DNA of 64,000 nucleotides from Escherichia coli (GCF_051903065.1 NZ_CP178438.1), one strand, 5' to 3'; positions 49,142 to 62,903 are shown, counted from the stretch's first letter. Notes: generated by a model from the sequence alone, not told the origin. Numbers and translations: made by a program.

Positions 49142-49632
49142 TTAGTGGGAAATACATATGAAGCGTGGTGTCCTGCCTGTAGAGAATACGTAGTTGTAAT
49201 CATTTTGACGTGTAACATAAAAATTAATTGAGGTGTCAACTTTTATGAAAAAATCAGAAGTAATATTTTCAAGGATTTCATCACTAATGTTATCATCTTT
49301 TTGTATTTTTTGTATTTTAACAGTGGTGAAATAAACGGTATCACGGAATTTCTTGTATGTAAAACTCACATATCGGCGGATGAAACCCATTTTTTTCCAT
49401 TTACCGTGTATGCACCCGTGAGATACATATTCCCTGTATTATTTTCAGAAATCATATTTAACGAAAAGTATTGATCCATTTTCGTATGATCGGTGAAATT
49501 AATAACATGGGCATTACATGATATGTTTTGCTCTGCTGGTTCATTGGCATGATGAAACGCAATATGGCTCAGAATTGCTGCAATAAAAGCACATAAAATT
49601 ATTCCCGCAAATAGAAAATATCTTTGAGTCAT
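49142..49632 (-). pseudogene. ToxS-like membrane-anchored periplasmic partner protein, apparently split by a frameshift
   Basis: Track ORFs 49366..49632 (MTQRYFLFAGIILCAFIAAILSHIAF..., N-terminal TM anchor) and 49142..49390 overlap in different frames; the start abuts the upstream regulator stop; AT-rich. Confidence 0.4.
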
Positions 49633-49636
49633 ATGA

Positions 49637-50262
49637 TTACTCCGCTTTATAATAGAGAGAATTACAATTATTTGGTGATTCAGAGTTTAACATCTGACTA
49701 CAGGTGAAAGCATAAAACCCGCTCATGCTATCATTTGTTGCAATGTAAATATAAGGATGTATTTTGCAGTTAATTTCCATTTTCTGCAATTTTTCAATAA
49801 TCGGTGATAACATGTCTACGGAATTAAAATATCTATTGTCATAGAAATAGCTACACCCTTCCTGAGTAGGATGTTGAGCATAATTTGAGAAAGCATCTGT
49901 TTTTTTTATAGTGTGAGCTTTGCTTTGAAAAGCCATATCGAAAAAATAAGATGATATATACACTATCCCCCATGCCGCAAAAAAGCACACTATAAGTAAT
50001 GTATTTTTTGTGGTAAAAATATCTTTTGCAACGTGATTTTTATTTATATTTTCAATGTGGGTGCCATTCTCTTCACTCTCAACACTTTTATTCTCATTGT
50101 GATTATTGTCGAGAACAGTTATGTTGATTTCTTCATTGATTTTAAAACCCTTACGCGGTACCGTTCTGATAACATCATTAAATATCGTCGATGAGCTGAT
50201 TTCACGAAAGGAGCGTCTTATCATCGAAATGTTTTGATATAAAGTATTGGTTGCGACTTCAG
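49637..50262 (-). pseudogene. ToxR/CadC-like membrane-bound winged-helix regulator, 5'-truncated by IS1
   Basis: Frame is open up to the IS1 boundary: ...EVATNTLYQNISMIRRSFREISSSTIFNDVIRTVPRKGFKI is the C-terminal part of an OmpR-type winged helix, followed by a TM segment (LLIVCFFAAWGIVYISSYFF) and a periplasmic domain. Confidence 0.6.
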
Positions 50263-50277
50263 GGTAATGACTCCAAC

Positions 50278-50781
50278 TTATTGATAGTGTTTTATGTTCA
50301 GATAATGCCCGATGACTTTGTCATGCAGCTCCACCGATTTTGAGAACGACAGCGACTTCCGTCCCAGCCGTGCCAGGTGCTGCCTCAGATTCAGGTTATG
50401 CCGCTCAATTCGCTGCGTATATCGCTTGCTGATTACGTGCAGCTTTCCCTTCAGGCGGGATTCATACAGCGGCCAGCCATCCGTCATCCATATCACCACG
50501 TCAAAGGGTGACAGCAGGCTCATAAGACGCCCCAGCGTCGCCATAGTGCGTTCACCGAATACGTGCGCAACAACCGTCTTCCGGAGCCTGTCATACGCGT
50601 AAAACAGCCAGCGCTGGCGCGATTTAGCCCCGACATAGCCCCACTGTTCGTCCATTTCCGCGCAGACGATGACGTCACTGCCCGGCTGTATGCGCGAGGT
50701 TACCGACTGCGGCCTGAGTTTTTTAAGTGACGTAAAATCGTGTTGAGGCCAACGCCCATAATGCGGGCTGTTGCCCGGCAT
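50278..50781 (-). CDS. insB: IS1 InsB
   Basis: Track [67 protein letters not shown].... Confidence 0.93.
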
Positions 50782-50975
50782 CCAACGCCATTCATGGCCA
50801 TATCAATGATTTTCTGGTGCGTACCGGGTTGAGAAGCGGTGTAAGTGAACTGCAGTTGCCATGTTTTACGGCAGTGAGAGCAGAGATAGCGCTGATGTCC
50901 GGCGGTGCTTTTGCCGTTACGCACCACCCCGTCAGTAGCTGAACAGGAGGGACAGCTGATAGAAACAGAAGCCAC
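50700..50975 (-). CDS. insA: IS1 InsA
   Basis: Track [94 protein letters not shown]. Confidence 0.93.
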
Positions 50976-51201
50976 TGGAGCACCTCAAAAACACCATCAT
51001 ACACTAAATCAGTAAGTTGGCAGCATCACCGGGGGCATTTTAATAAGTGAGGAAGTGATAGGAAGTGACCAGATAATACATATATGTTCTGTACTCTCTT
51101 GCGCATTTTGATTGTTGACTGAGTAATCAGACAGTTGATGTGCACGATTTCCCCTCGCCCTAGCAGACGTGGGCGGGGGCACCCGGTGTGTGCAATATAC
51201 G

Positions 51202-51230
51202 AAAAAAAAGCCCGTACTTTCGTACGAGCT
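51202..51230 (-). terminator. Rho-independent terminator downstream of serX
   Basis: On the minus strand, hairpin GCTCGTAC-gaaa-GTACGGGC is followed by a run of eight T. Confidence 0.7.
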
Positions 51231-51242
51231 CTTCTTTAAATA

Positions 51243-51330
51243 TGGCGGTGAGGGGGGGATTCGAACCCCCGATACGTTGCCGTATACACACTTTCCAGGC
51301 GTGCTCCTTCAGCCACTCGGACACCTCACC
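51243..51330 (-). tRNA. serX: tRNA-Ser (anticodon GGA), 88 nt
   Basis: Reverse complement GGTGAGGTGTCCGAGTGGCTGAAGGAGCACGCCTGGAAAGTGTGTATACGGCAACGTATCGGGGGTTCGAATCCCCCCCTCACCGCCA: cloverleaf with long variable arm, T-loop GGTTCGAATCC, 3' CCA. Confidence 0.93.
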
Positions 51331-51524
51331 AAATTGTCGTTCCTGTCTTGCTGGAACGGGCGCTAATTTAGGGAAATCATGACCTGAGGTCAACAAACTT
51401 TTTTAAAAAATCGCGCGTTTATTCAAACTTCAATCAATATGTGGTTTTAATAAGCGAAATCTGCTTTTTTTGCCACCGACCACGGATTTGTTATGCTGGT
51501 GGTCTTTGTAGATCATAACAATAA

Positions 51525-52502
<978 letters not shown>

Positions 52503-52556
52503 TAAAGCATCAGGATTCCTGCTATCCTTGGCGGGAATTGAATACAGGAGAGAGTT

Positions 52557-53294
52557 ATGTATCCCGTCGACCTTCATATGCATACCGTTGCCAGCACACA
52601 TGCATATAGCACATTGAGTGATTACATTGCCCAGGCCAAACAAAAGGGCATTAAACTTTTTGCGATCACCGATCATGGCCCGGATATGGAAGATGCGCCG
52701 CATCACTGGCACTTCATTAACATGCGTATCTGGCCGCGAGTGGTTGATGGGGTAGGGATCCTGCGCGGCATCGAAGCTAACATTAAAAATGTTGATGGTG
52801 AAATTGATTGCAGCGGTAAAATGTTTGACTCGCTGGATCTGATTATTGCCGGTTTTCATGAGCCGGTTTTTGCACCACATGACAAAGCGACCAATACACA
52901 AGCGATGATCGCCACTATCGCCAGCGGCAATGTGCATATAATAAGCCATCCCGGAAATCCGAAATATGAGATAGATGTTAAAGCCGTTGCTGAAGCAGCC
53001 GCGAAACATCAGGTGGCGCTGGAAATCAATAATTCCTCATTTTTACACTCACGTAAGGGCAGTGAAGACAACTGTCGTGCGGTAGCCGCAGCGGTACGTG
53101 ATGCTGGAGGTTGGGTGGCATTAGGCTCGGATTCTCACACCGCGTTTACCATGGGGGAATTTGAAGAGTGTCTTAAAATCCTCGACGCGGTAGATTTTCC
53201 GCCAGAGCGCATTTTGAATGTTTCTCCGCGCCGCTTACTGAACTTCCTTGAATCTCGCGGTATGGCACCGATTGCGGAATTTGCAGACCTTTAA
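52557..53294 (+). CDS. ycdX: YcdX (PHP-family zinc phosphatase)
   Basis: 245-aa [23 protein letters not shown]... with PHP-domain His motifs. Confidence 0.92.
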
Positions 53295-53317
53295 TTACTA
53301 GTAATGGAAATATATTA

Positions 53318-53872
53318 ATGAACGAGTTTTCTATCCTCTGTCGTGTGCTGGGTTCGCTCTATTACCGCCAACCACAAGATCCTTTACTGGTGCCGCTGTT
53401 TACCCTGATTCGTGAGGGGAAACTGGCTGCGAACTGGCCACTGGAGCAGGATGAGTTGCTGACACGTTTGCAGAAAAGCTGTGATATGACGCAAGTCTCT
53501 GCCGATTACAATGCGTTGTTTATCGGCGATGAATGTGCCGTGCCGCCATATCGTAGCGCATGGGTTGAGGACGCAACGGAAGCGGAAGTGCGCGCTTTTC
53601 TTTCTGAACGAGGGATGCCACTGGCGGATACGCCAGCCGATCACATCGGCACATTGCTGCTTGCGGCTTCCTGGCTGGAAGATCAGTCAACGGAAGATGA
53701 GAGCGAAGCACTGGAAACACTGTTCAGTGAGTATCTGTTACCCTGGTGTGGCGAGTTCCTTGGCAAAGTGGAGGCCCATGCAACCACGCCTTTCTGGCGC
53801 ATCATGGCACCGCTAACCCGTGATGCCATTAGTGCAATGTGGGACGAGCTGGAAGAGGATTCTGAAGAGTAA
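53318..53872 (+). CDS. ycdY: YcdY (TorD-family chaperone)
   Basis: 184-aa ORF downstream of ycdX. Confidence 0.88.
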   Translation: MNEFSILCRVLGSLYYRQPQDPLLVPLFTLIREGKLAANWPLEQDELLTRLQKSCDMTQVSADYNALFIGDECAVPPYRSAWVEDATEAEVRAFLSERGMPLADTPADHIGTLLLAASWLEDQSTEDESEALETLFSEYLLPWCGEFLGKVEAHATTPFWRIMAPLTRDAISAMWDELEEDSEE

Positions 53873-53973
53873 ATGTGATCTGCGTCACTCATAACTGCAA
53901 CAAATAATTTGTTGTTGCATAAAATGTGTGCTCGATCTCATTCATGGACGCGTTTTCTGCTATCATGCGCGGC

Positions 53974-54465
53974 ATGAACATACTTCTCTCTATTGCAATC
54001 ACAACAGGCATTCTCTCCGGTATTTGGGGATGGGTGGCTGTTTCCCTGGGCTTACTAAGCTGGGCGGGCTTCCTGGGCTGTACGGCCTACTTTGCCTGCC
54101 CGCAAGGTGGGCTGAAAGGGCTGGCGATCTCCGCTGCAACCCTGCTTAGTGGCGTGGTGTGGGCGATGGTCATTATTTACGGTAGTGCACTGGCACCACA
54201 TCTGGAAATTCTCGGTTATGTCATAACCGGTATTGTCGCGTTTCTGATGTGTATTCAGGCCAAACAGCTGCTGCTTTCATTTGTTCCGGGGACGTTTATA
54301 GGCGCATGCGCGACGTTTGCCGGGCAGGGTGACTGGAAACTGGTGTTACCTTCGCTGGCGCTTGGGCTGATATTTGGTTACGCAATGAAAAACAGCGGCC
54401 TGTGGCTGGCGGCGCGTAGTGCAAAGACGGCGCACCGTGAGCAGGAAATCAAAAATAAAGCGTGA
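53974..54465 (+). CDS. ycdZ: YcdZ (DUF1097 inner membrane protein)
   Basis: ATG 53974 (MNILLSIAITTGILSGIWGWVAVSL...), 163 aa, multi-TM. Confidence 0.85.
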   Translation: MNILLSIAITTGILSGIWGWVAVSLGLLSWAGFLGCTAYFACPQGGLKGLAISAATLLSGVVWAMVIIYGSALAPHLEILGYVITGIVAFLMCIQAKQLLLSFVPGTFIGACATFAGQGDWKLVLPSLALGLIFGYAMKNSGLWLAARSAKTAHREQEIKNKA

Positions 54466-54525
54466 GGGGCACTCACGCTTTCGCTTAAACAGTAAAATGC
54501 CGGATGATAATTCCGGCTTTTTTAT
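54466..54525. terminator. Two hairpins between the convergent ycdZ and csgG genes
   Basis: agcgtgag-gggc-actcacgct and gccggatgataattccggc followed by TTTTTT; the second reads as a terminator on either strand. Confidence 0.6.
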
Positions 54526-54528
54526 CTG

Positions 54529-55362
54529 TCAGGATTCCGGTGGAACCGACATATGGCGGTATTTCACCAGAATGTCATTCTGCCGTTCTGCTTTATTTTG
54601 CAAATCCCACAGACCACGGTCGATACCATCATTAATCAGGAAAATGACCCCTGTTTCGATAGCCGACATCAGACACAGCATAACGGGTTCGTTTGAGGTG
54701 TAACCCACTTCCCCTTCCAGCAAGCGCTGGTAGTCAATAAAGCGGAAAACCCCGGCCTGAACTTCATAGGAAAGTATCGTCTTACTGGTGTTCACCGAGG
54801 AGAGGATCTCACCGGTACTCACATTGACGACGCGCAGGTTCACGGCAATCTGATCGAGCTGGTATTGCGTGTCGGCACCGATCCCAAAATATCTTGCCCC
54901 AACCCCGCCCGATTTGACGTTGCTTTCATAACCGATAATCGAACCTTCAACCATGATATTTGCCGCCGTTAAAGATTGCAGCGGGATTCGGTTATTAATG
55001 GCAACCGTGCCGTTTTCTTGTGCCGCACGAATAATCTTGCGCTCGTTAAGCAGGTTTTGTAAGCCCTGGCGCTCCAGCGGTATAAACCAGCGAGAATCTT
55101 TCAATGCCGTGACCAGCATCGCCGTGGCGCTTTGCGGAACAGCAGTGGAGAAGTTACTTGCCGGGTAGGGTTTAAATTGCCCGGTTTCGTCCTGAATGTT
55201 GTATACCGAAACAAAGATCTTACCCGTCGGCGCTGGCAGATGGGTCAAATCTTTGTAGCTCTGAGCACGAGGCATTAATGTCGGTCTGGCGGCTTCTTTA
55301 GGCGGGGCGGTTAAGCATCCGCTCAGTAACATGACGGCAACCAAAAGAAATAAGCGCTGCAT
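54529..55362 (-). CDS. csgG: Curli secretion channel lipoprotein CsgG
   Basis: 277-aa ORF with lipobox LLSGC. Confidence 0.95.
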   Translation of the reverse strand: MQRLFLLVAVMLLSGCLTAPPKEAARPTLMPRAQSYKDLTHLPAPTGKIFVSVYNIQDETGQFKPYPASNFSTAVPQSATAMLVTALKDSRWFIPLERQGLQNLLNERKIIRAAQENGTVAINNRIPLQSLTAANIMVEGSIIGYESNVKSGGVGARYFGIGADTQYQLDQIAVNLRVVNVSTGEILSSVNTSKTILSYEVQAGVFRFIDYQRLLEGEVGYTSNEPVMLCLMSAIETGVIFLINDGIDRGLWDLQNKAERQNDILVKYRHMSVPPES

Positions 55363-55388
55363 GATTATTTTCCTTATGAAGCTGGGGC

Positions 55389-55805
55389 TTAAAAATCGGT
55401 TGAGTTATTTTGTAAACCCGAAACCTGGATAGTCGAGGTTTGTCCGGTTTTACGATCTGTCACGTTCAACTGCAATTGACCATCGCGGTTGGCAATATCG
55501 ACAATATAATCGTTGGTCACCATGCGGCCCGGTTTCCCGGTATTAATATTCGACAGTAGCCCACCCAAAATTTGTGACTGGATGGCCTGAGTAAAGTTAT
55601 CTAACGCTGAGGGTGTTTCAATACCATAGTCATCGTTATAGCTCGGATCTTTATACGAGTTCTGTGCCTGGGCGCTATTTAATAAAAAAGCGCCATTATT
55701 TGGGTTGCCACCAAAGTTTGGATTACGGAACTGGAAAGTCATGGTTCCAGCCCAACTTAAAGGCGAAATAAACATGAGTAGAACTAGTGCATGTTTGACA
55801 CGCAT
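55389..55805 (-). CDS. csgF: Curli assembly protein CsgF
   Basis: 138-aa ORF with signal peptide. Confidence 0.93.
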   Translation of the reverse strand: MRVKHALVLLMFISPLSWAGTMTFQFRNPNFGGNPNNGAFLLNSAQAQNSYKDPSYNDDYGIETPSALDNFTQAIQSQILGGLLSNINTGKPGRMVTNDYIVDIANRDGQLQLNVTDRKTGQTSTIQVSGLQNNSTDF

Positions 55806-55829
55806 TGCAGCCTCCGAACAATTTTTTAT

Positions 55830-56219
55830 TTAGAATTCATCATGCGCCAAATCGCCCGTACTTAATAACGCCTGATTTATCTGGCGACGATTTAGTGCTT
55901 CTTCAGTTTGAATCAGTGCAAAGACGACAGTTTTCTCGAAGTCTCTTTTCAACGGGAATAAAAAAGTCTGGAAAATAACGTCCTGATTGACCGTTATTGT
56001 GATCCAGCTTCCCCATCGTGCACTGGGCCTTTCATTAATCGTTAAGTTACCCGTATAGTCACTTTCCCATTTATCACTAAAGGCTCGGTAAAAATCATGG
56101 CCAATAGATGAAACAGTATGGTCAGTTAACAATCCCGGGACTTCTACCTCAACGGCGTGAAGATTCCCTGCGGCGAACAGAAATTCTGCCGCCACAATCC
56201 AGCGTAAATAACGTTTCAT
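55830..56219 (-). CDS. csgE: Curli secretion specificity factor CsgE
   Basis: 129-aa ORF with signal peptide. Confidence 0.93.
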
Positions 56220-56223
56220 GGCT

Positions 56224-56874
<651 letters not shown>

Positions 56875-57627
56875 GATGAAACCCCGCTTTTTTTATTGAT
56901 CGCACACCTGACAGCTGCCTCTAAAATAGAAGCACCAGAAGTACTGACAGATGTTGCACTGCTGTGTGTAGTAATAAATCAGCCCTAAATGGGTAAAATA
57001 TAAAACTAATGGATTACATCTGATTTCAATCTAGCCATTACAAATCTTAAATCAAGTGTTAAACATGTAACTAAATGTAACTCGTTATATTAAAATGTTA
57101 ACCTTAAGGTTTTATTAAGTTTAGGAATGATAGAAAAGTTGTACATTTGGTTTTTATTGCACAATTTTAAAAAATCATACAAATGGTGCTAACTTACTAA
57201 TAATGCATATAAAAAATATTTCGGTGTAGTCCTTTCGTCATGTAAAACGTTCTTGTTTTTTCTCCACACCACCGTGGACAATTTTTTACTGCAAAAAGAC
57301 GAGGTTTGTCACGGCTTGTGCGCAAGACATATCGCAGCAATCAGCGACGGGCAAGAAGAATGACTGTCTGGTGTTTTTTGCTAGCGGAACACGGAGATTT
57401 AAAAGAAAACAAAATATTTTTTGCGTAGATAACAGCGTATTTACGTGGCTTTTAATACTTTGGTATGAACAAAAAAAGAAAAATACAACGCGCGGGTGAG
57501 TTATTAAAAATATTTCCGCAGACATACTTTCCATCGTAACGCAGCGTTAACAAAATACAGGTTGCGTTAACAACCAAGTTGAAATGATTTAATTTCTTAA
57601 ATGTACGACCAGGTCCAGGGTGACAAC
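56875..57627. promoter_or_regulatory. Divergent csgDEFG/csgBAC intergenic control region (about 750 bp, AT-rich)
   Basis: Long AT-rich region with A-tracts between the divergent curli operons; no specific binding site was mapped here. Confidence 0.7.
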
Positions 57628-58083
57628 ATGAAAAACAAATTGTTATTTATGATGTTAACAATACTGGGTGCGCCTGGGATTGCAGCCGCAGCAGGTTATG
57701 ATTTAGCTAATTCAGAATATAACTTCGCGGTAAATGAATTGAGTAAGTCTTCATTTAATCAGGCAGCCATAATTGGTCAAGCTGGGACTAATAATAGTGC
57801 TCAGTTACGGCAGGGAGGCTCAAAACTTTTGGCGGTTGTTGCGCAAGAAGGTAGTAGCAACCGGGCAAAGATTGACCAGACAGGAGATTATAACCTTGCA
57901 TATATTGATCAGGCGGGCAGTGCCAACGATGCCAGTATTTCGCAAGGTGCTTATGGTAATACTGCGATGATTATCCAGAAAGGTTCTGGTAATAAAGCAA
58001 ATATTACACAGTATGGTACTCAAAAAACGGCAATTGTAGTGCAGAGACAGTCGCAAATGGCTATTCGCGTGACACAACGTTAA
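57628..58083 (+). CDS. csgB: Minor curlin / nucleator CsgB
   Basis: ATG 57628 (MKNKLLFMMLTILGAPGIAAA...), 151 aa with Q/N-rich repeats. Confidence 0.93.
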   Translation: MKNKLLFMMLTILGAPGIAAAAGYDLANSEYNFAVNELSKSSFNQAAIIGQAGTNNSAQLRQGGSKLLAVVAQEGSSNRAKIDQTGDYNLAYIDQAGSANDASISQGAYGNTAMIIQKGSGNKANITQYGTQKTAIVVQRQSQMAIRVTQR

Positions 58084-58123
58084 TTTCCATTCGACTTTTA
58101 AATCAATCCGATGGGGGTTTTAC

Positions 58124-58582
58124 ATGAAACTTTTAAAAGTAGCAGCAATTGCAGCAATCGTATTCTCCGGTAGCGCTCTGGCAGGTGTTGTTCCTCAGTA
58201 CGGCGGCGGTGGCGGTAACCACGGTGGTGGCGGTAATAACAGCGGCCCGAATTCAGAGCTGAATATTTATCAGTACGGTGGTGGTAACTCTGCACTTGCT
58301 CTGCAAGCTGATGCTCGTAACTCTGATCTTACTATTACCCAGCATGGTGGTGGTAACGGTGCAGATGTTGGTCAGGGCTCAGATGACAGCTCAATCGATC
58401 TGACCCAACGTGGCTTTGGTAACAGCGCCACTCTTGATCAGTGGAACGGTAAAGACTCTCATATGACAGTTAAACAATTCGGTGGCGGCAACGGTGCAGC
58501 GGTTGACCAGACTGCATCTAATTCCACCGTCAACGTAACTCAGGTTGGCTTTGGTAACAACGCGACCGCTCATCAGTACTAA
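58124..58582 (+). CDS. csgA: Major curlin CsgA
   Basis: 152-aa ORF with five S-X5-Q-X-G-X-G-N-X-A-X3-Q repeats. Confidence 0.95.
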   Translation: MKLLKVAAIAAIVFSGSALAGVVPQYGGGGGNHGGGGNNSGPNSELNIYQYGGGNSALALQADARNSDLTITQHGGGNGADVGQGSDDSSIDLTQRGFGNSATLDQWNGKDSHMTVKQFGGGNGAAVDQTASNSTVNVTQVGFGNNATAHQY

Positions 58583-58602
58583 TACATCATCTGTATTAAA
58601 GA

Positions 58603-58628
58603 AACAGGGCGCAAGCCCTGTTTTTTTT
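58603..58628 (+). terminator. Rho-independent terminator after csgA
   Basis: aaacagggc-gcaa-gccctgtt followed by TTTTTTT. Confidence 0.8.
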
Positions 58629-58640
58629 CGGGAGAAGAAT

Positions 58641-59405
<765 letters not shown>

Positions 59406-59499
59406 GTTTCTGAACAACTCACGTTGCTGAGCAGAAAAATGCGATTTAACCAAAAAGCCTGCTGTACACTTAAGAAACAAGAAGGTGTAAGGAGGCGTT

Positions 59500-60033
59500 A
59501 TGAAAACGCGTATTCATGTTGTGCAGGGTGATATTACCAAACTGGCCGTTGATGTGATTGTGAATGCGGCTAATCCTTCATTAATGGGAGGTGGCGGCGT
59601 CGATGGGGCCATTCATCGCGCAGCGGGGCCGGCCCTGCTGGATGCCTGTTTAAAAGTCAGGCAACAGCAGGGCGATTGCCCTACGGGGCATGCCGTTATT
59701 ACGCTTGCAGGCGATCTTCCCGCTAAAGCCGTAGTGCACACCGTCGGGCCAGTCTGGCGTGGTGGTGAACAAAACGAAGACCAGCTTTTGCAGGATGCCT
59801 ATCTCAATAGCCTACGACTGGTGGCGGCAAACAGCTATACGTCAGTGGCTTTTCCTGCAATCAGTACTGGGGTTTATGGTTACCCTCGTGCGGCAGCGGC
59901 TGAAATCGCAGTAAAAACCGTTTCAGAATTTATTACCCGTCACGCTTTACCCGAACAGGTATACTTTGTCTGTTATGATGAAGAAAACGCCCACCTCTAC
60001 GAAAGACTCCTTACCCAACAAGGAGATGAATGA
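59500..60033 (+). CDS. ymdB: O-acetyl-ADP-ribose deacetylase YmdB (macro domain)
   Basis: 177-aa [46 protein letters not shown]..., canonical macro-domain motifs. Confidence 0.93.
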
Positions 60034-61456
60034 TTTGCCCCGGCTGGCGAGCGCGGTGCTGCCACTGTGTTCGCAACATCCTGGTCAGTGTGGTCTTTTC
60101 CCTCTGGAGAAAAGTCTGGATGCGTTTGCCGCCCGGTATCGTCTGGCCGAAATGGCAGAGCATACGCTGGATGTTCAGTATTACATCTGGCAGGACGATA
60201 TGTCGGGTCGGTTACTGTTTTCCGCCCTGTTAGCCGCAGCAAAGCGTGGCGTTCGCGTCCGTTTGTTGCTGGACGACAACAATACGCCCGGACTTGACGA
60301 CATTTTACGCTTGCTTGACAGTCATCCCCGCATTGAAGTCCGGCTTTTTAATCCTTTCTCGTTTCGCTTGCTGCGTCCGCTTGGTTATATCACCGACTTT
60401 TCCCGTCTCAATCGCCGTATGCACAATAAAAGTTTCACTGTCGATGGCGTGGTTACCCTGGTGGGAGGACGAAATATTGGTGATGCCTATTTTGGGGCAG
60501 GGGAAGAGCCACTTTTTTCGGATTTAGATGTTATGGCAATAGGACCCGTGGTAGAGGACGTTGCCGATGATTTCGCCCGCTACTGGTATTGCAAATCGGT
60601 TTCACCCTTACAGCAGGTGCTGGATGTCCCGGAAGGTGAAATGGCGGATCGCATCGAGTTACCCACCTCCTGGCATAACGATGCTATGACGCATCGTTAC
60701 TTACGCAAAATGGAATCCAGTCCGTTTATAAATCATCTGGTTGATGGAACGTTGCCGCTTATCTGGGCGAAGACACGTTTATTAAGTGATGATCCGGCGA
60801 AAGGGGAGGGCAAGGCAAAACGGCATTCACTGTTACCGCAGCGCCTGTTCGATATCATGGGCTCACCCAGTGAACGCATCGATATTATCTCTTCCTATTT
60901 TGTACCGACACGCGCAGGTGTGGCGCAACTCTTACGGATGGTGAGAAAAGGGGTAAAGATTGCGATCCTAACCAATTCTCTTGCCGCTAACGATGTTGCT
61001 GTCGTCCATGCCGGATACGCGCGCTGGCGCAAAAAATTGCTCCGTTATGGCGTGGAATTATATGAACTCAAGCCGACGCGTGAACAAAGTAGTACGTTAC
61101 ACGATCGCGGCATAACAGGTAATTCCGGTGCCAGCCTGCATGCTAAAACCTTTAGCATCGATGGTAAAACGGTGTTTATCGGCTCTTTCAATTTCGATCC
61201 GCGTTCAACATTGCTCAATACTGAAATGGGCTTCGTGATAGAGAGCGAAACGCTGGCACAGTTAATTGATAAACGCTTTATTCAGAGCCAGTATGATGCG
61301 GCCTGGCAGCTCCGTCTGGACAGGTGGGGACGGATCAACTGGGTTGATCGTCATGCAAAGGAAGAGATTATTCTCAAAAAAGAACCCGCCACCAGTTTCT
61401 GGAAGCGGGTTATGGTCAGACTGGCGTCGATATTGCCCGTGGAATGGTTATTGTAA
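60026..61456 (+). CDS. clsC: Cardiolipin synthase C ClsC (YmdC, phospholipase D family); start at ATG 60026 or TTG 60035
   Basis: Two HxK(x)4D motifs ([18 protein letters not shown]); overlaps the 3' end of ymdB. Confidence 0.88.
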   Translation: MNDLPRLASAVLPLCSQHPGQCGLFPLEKSLDAFAARYRLAEMAEHTLDVQYYIWQDDMSGRLLFSALLAAAKRGVRVRLLLDDNNTPGLDDILRLLDSHPRIEVRLFNPFSFRLLRPLGYITDFSRLNRRMHNKSFTVDGVVTLVGGRNIGDAYFGAGEEPLFSDLDVMAIGPVVEDVADDFARYWYCKSVSPLQQVLDVPEGEMADRIELPTSWHNDAMTHRYLRKMESSPFINHLVDGTLPLIWAKTRLLSDDPAKGEGKAKRHSLLPQRLFDIMGSPSERIDIISSYFVPTRAGVAQLLRMVRKGVKIAILTNSLAANDVAVVHAGYARWRKKLLRYGVELYELKPTREQSSTLHDRGITGNSGASLHAKTFSIDGKTVFIGSFNFDPRSTLLNTEMGFVIESETLAQLIDKRFIQSQYDAAWQLRLDRWGRINWVDRHAKEEIILKKEPATSFWKRVMVRLASILPVEWLL

Positions 61457-61463
61457 ATGTGGC

Positions 61464-62621
61464 TTAACGGGCTGGTGCTTTATCGTTCTCACGCTTAACA
61501 ACCGGTTTACCAGAAAACAAAAACTTCAGTAACGGGATGCGTAAATGAATTTCATACAGAATTATCGCAATCCCTACTACGAATATCAGGCCACAGAGAA
61601 AACCAAGCCAGTTGGAGGTGATGTGCGGTGTAATGTATGCGCCGAAAAACAGCGTTAACGGGTGGTGAACCAGATAGATAAACAGCGATGCGTTAACAAA
61701 GTAAGTCACCCGCGCTGACTGGAAGTTAAGCAAACGGTGGCCAAAGGAGAAGACCACATTCACCATCCACAGACCGAGGACCATGGTGATCACCGACTCG
61801 GTTTCGTACATCCAGGCATCGCCACTGCCATAGCGCTGGTTGAGTAAATAAGCGACAAACGCCAATGCTGCAGCGAGGGTACAGCCACGAGACGGCGTGG
61901 TAAACAAGGCTTTAAGATGAGGGAAAATGAAAGCCAGTGCGCCGAGGATAAAGAACGGTAAATAAAATAGCGTTTGCATGACAATAAAATTGAACATGCC
62001 ATTACTCAGAATGGGCGGATACACAATAAAAATCGTTCTTCTTATTACCGCATAACCGATGCCGAGGCACAAAAAAATCACCGATAGTTTTACCATCGAG
62101 AATTTTTTATTCGTTTTATCAGAATTTTCTAAATTATTTCTGATGCGTTTAAATATCCATACGCACAGCGTCGTCATGACCACTAACACCAGTAAAAACC
62201 ACAGGTGTGATATTAATTCCCAGGCTAACGTATTATATTTGTCATACAATGACAGCCCAGGCCAACTTTCCGCTTTCCCTTTGACGTATTGCAGCATAAT
62301 AAATTGCGGCAATGTCAGTAGGGGGATGGCTGTTAACATCGGGATCCCTACACGTTCGACACGTACTTTCCACCATTTTTTCAAGGGATAGCGTAAAAAA
62401 AGCATGTAGGAAAAGTAGCCGGATATAACGAAAAATACCTGCATGCGGAACGAGTGGATGAAGTCATTAAAAAGGGTCAGCCACAATGACGGTTCGGCGC
62501 TATTCACATGCCATGTATGGCTCGAATAGATTAAAGAAATATGAAAAGGGATCCCTAACAACATCAGCCAGGCGCGGATGGAGTCGAGGAAATATTCACG
62601 TTGCGCGGGTACTGGATTCAT
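61464..62621 (-). CDS. opgC: Osmoregulated periplasmic glucan succinyltransferase OpgC (MdoC)
   Basis: 385-aa polytopic acyltransferase-3-family ORF. Confidence 0.9.
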   Translation of the reverse strand: MNPVPAQREYFLDSIRAWLMLLGIPFHISLIYSSHTWHVNSAEPSLWLTLFNDFIHSFRMQVFFVISGYFSYMLFLRYPLKKWWKVRVERVGIPMLTAIPLLTLPQFIMLQYVKGKAESWPGLSLYDKYNTLAWELISHLWFLLVLVVMTTLCVWIFKRIRNNLENSDKTNKKFSMVKLSVIFLCLGIGYAVIRRTIFIVYPPILSNGMFNFIVMQTLFYLPFFILGALAFIFPHLKALFTTPSRGCTLAAALAFVAYLLNQRYGSGDAWMYETESVITMVLGLWMVNVVFSFGHRLLNFQSARVTYFVNASLFIYLVHHPLTLFFGAYITPHITSNWLGFLCGLIFVVGIAIILYEIHLRIPLLKFLFSGKPVVKRENDKAPAR

Positions 62622-62903
62622 ATATGGTTAACTAATCTCGGATTTTTCGTCTTATCCCTGTCGGGTTATGCCTTTAGGCTTGTTGCCATAGCGACACCGA
62701 CCTGACCGCGCCAGGCGCAGGCTTCAAGGTTTTTATGCATAGCATCATCGCTACCACTAACCAGAATGGAAGCGTCTGTAAGACGGTTGATAAATAAATT
62801 TGCTGGCAAACCCTACACGAAGTCGATGCTTCTGTCTTTAGGAGAAGCACGGAAAGTGAAAACGGTTGCAATCAGGTGCTTAATCCATGAGCCAGCGTGC
62901 TGA

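Larger units (their letters stand above)
50263..51030 (-). mobile_element. IS1 (768 bp), complete, with no flanking target-site duplication
   Basis: Ends GGTAATGACTCCAACTTATTGATAG... and ...CAGTAAGTTGGCAGCATCACC match the IS1 termini; 9-bp flanks differ (cgacttcag versus gggggcatt). Confidence 0.93.

Noticed and set aside
51160-51396. 78-aa minus-strand ORF and two plus-strand ORFs overlapping 51169-51382
   Set aside because: They overlap the serX tRNA gene and its terminator; the tRNA cloverleaf is unambiguous.
58190-58240. Possible tandem repeat or CRISPR-like periodicity in GGTGGTGGC runs
   Set aside because: This is the Gly-rich N-terminal coding region of csgA; the window contains no CRISPR-like repeat-spacer array.
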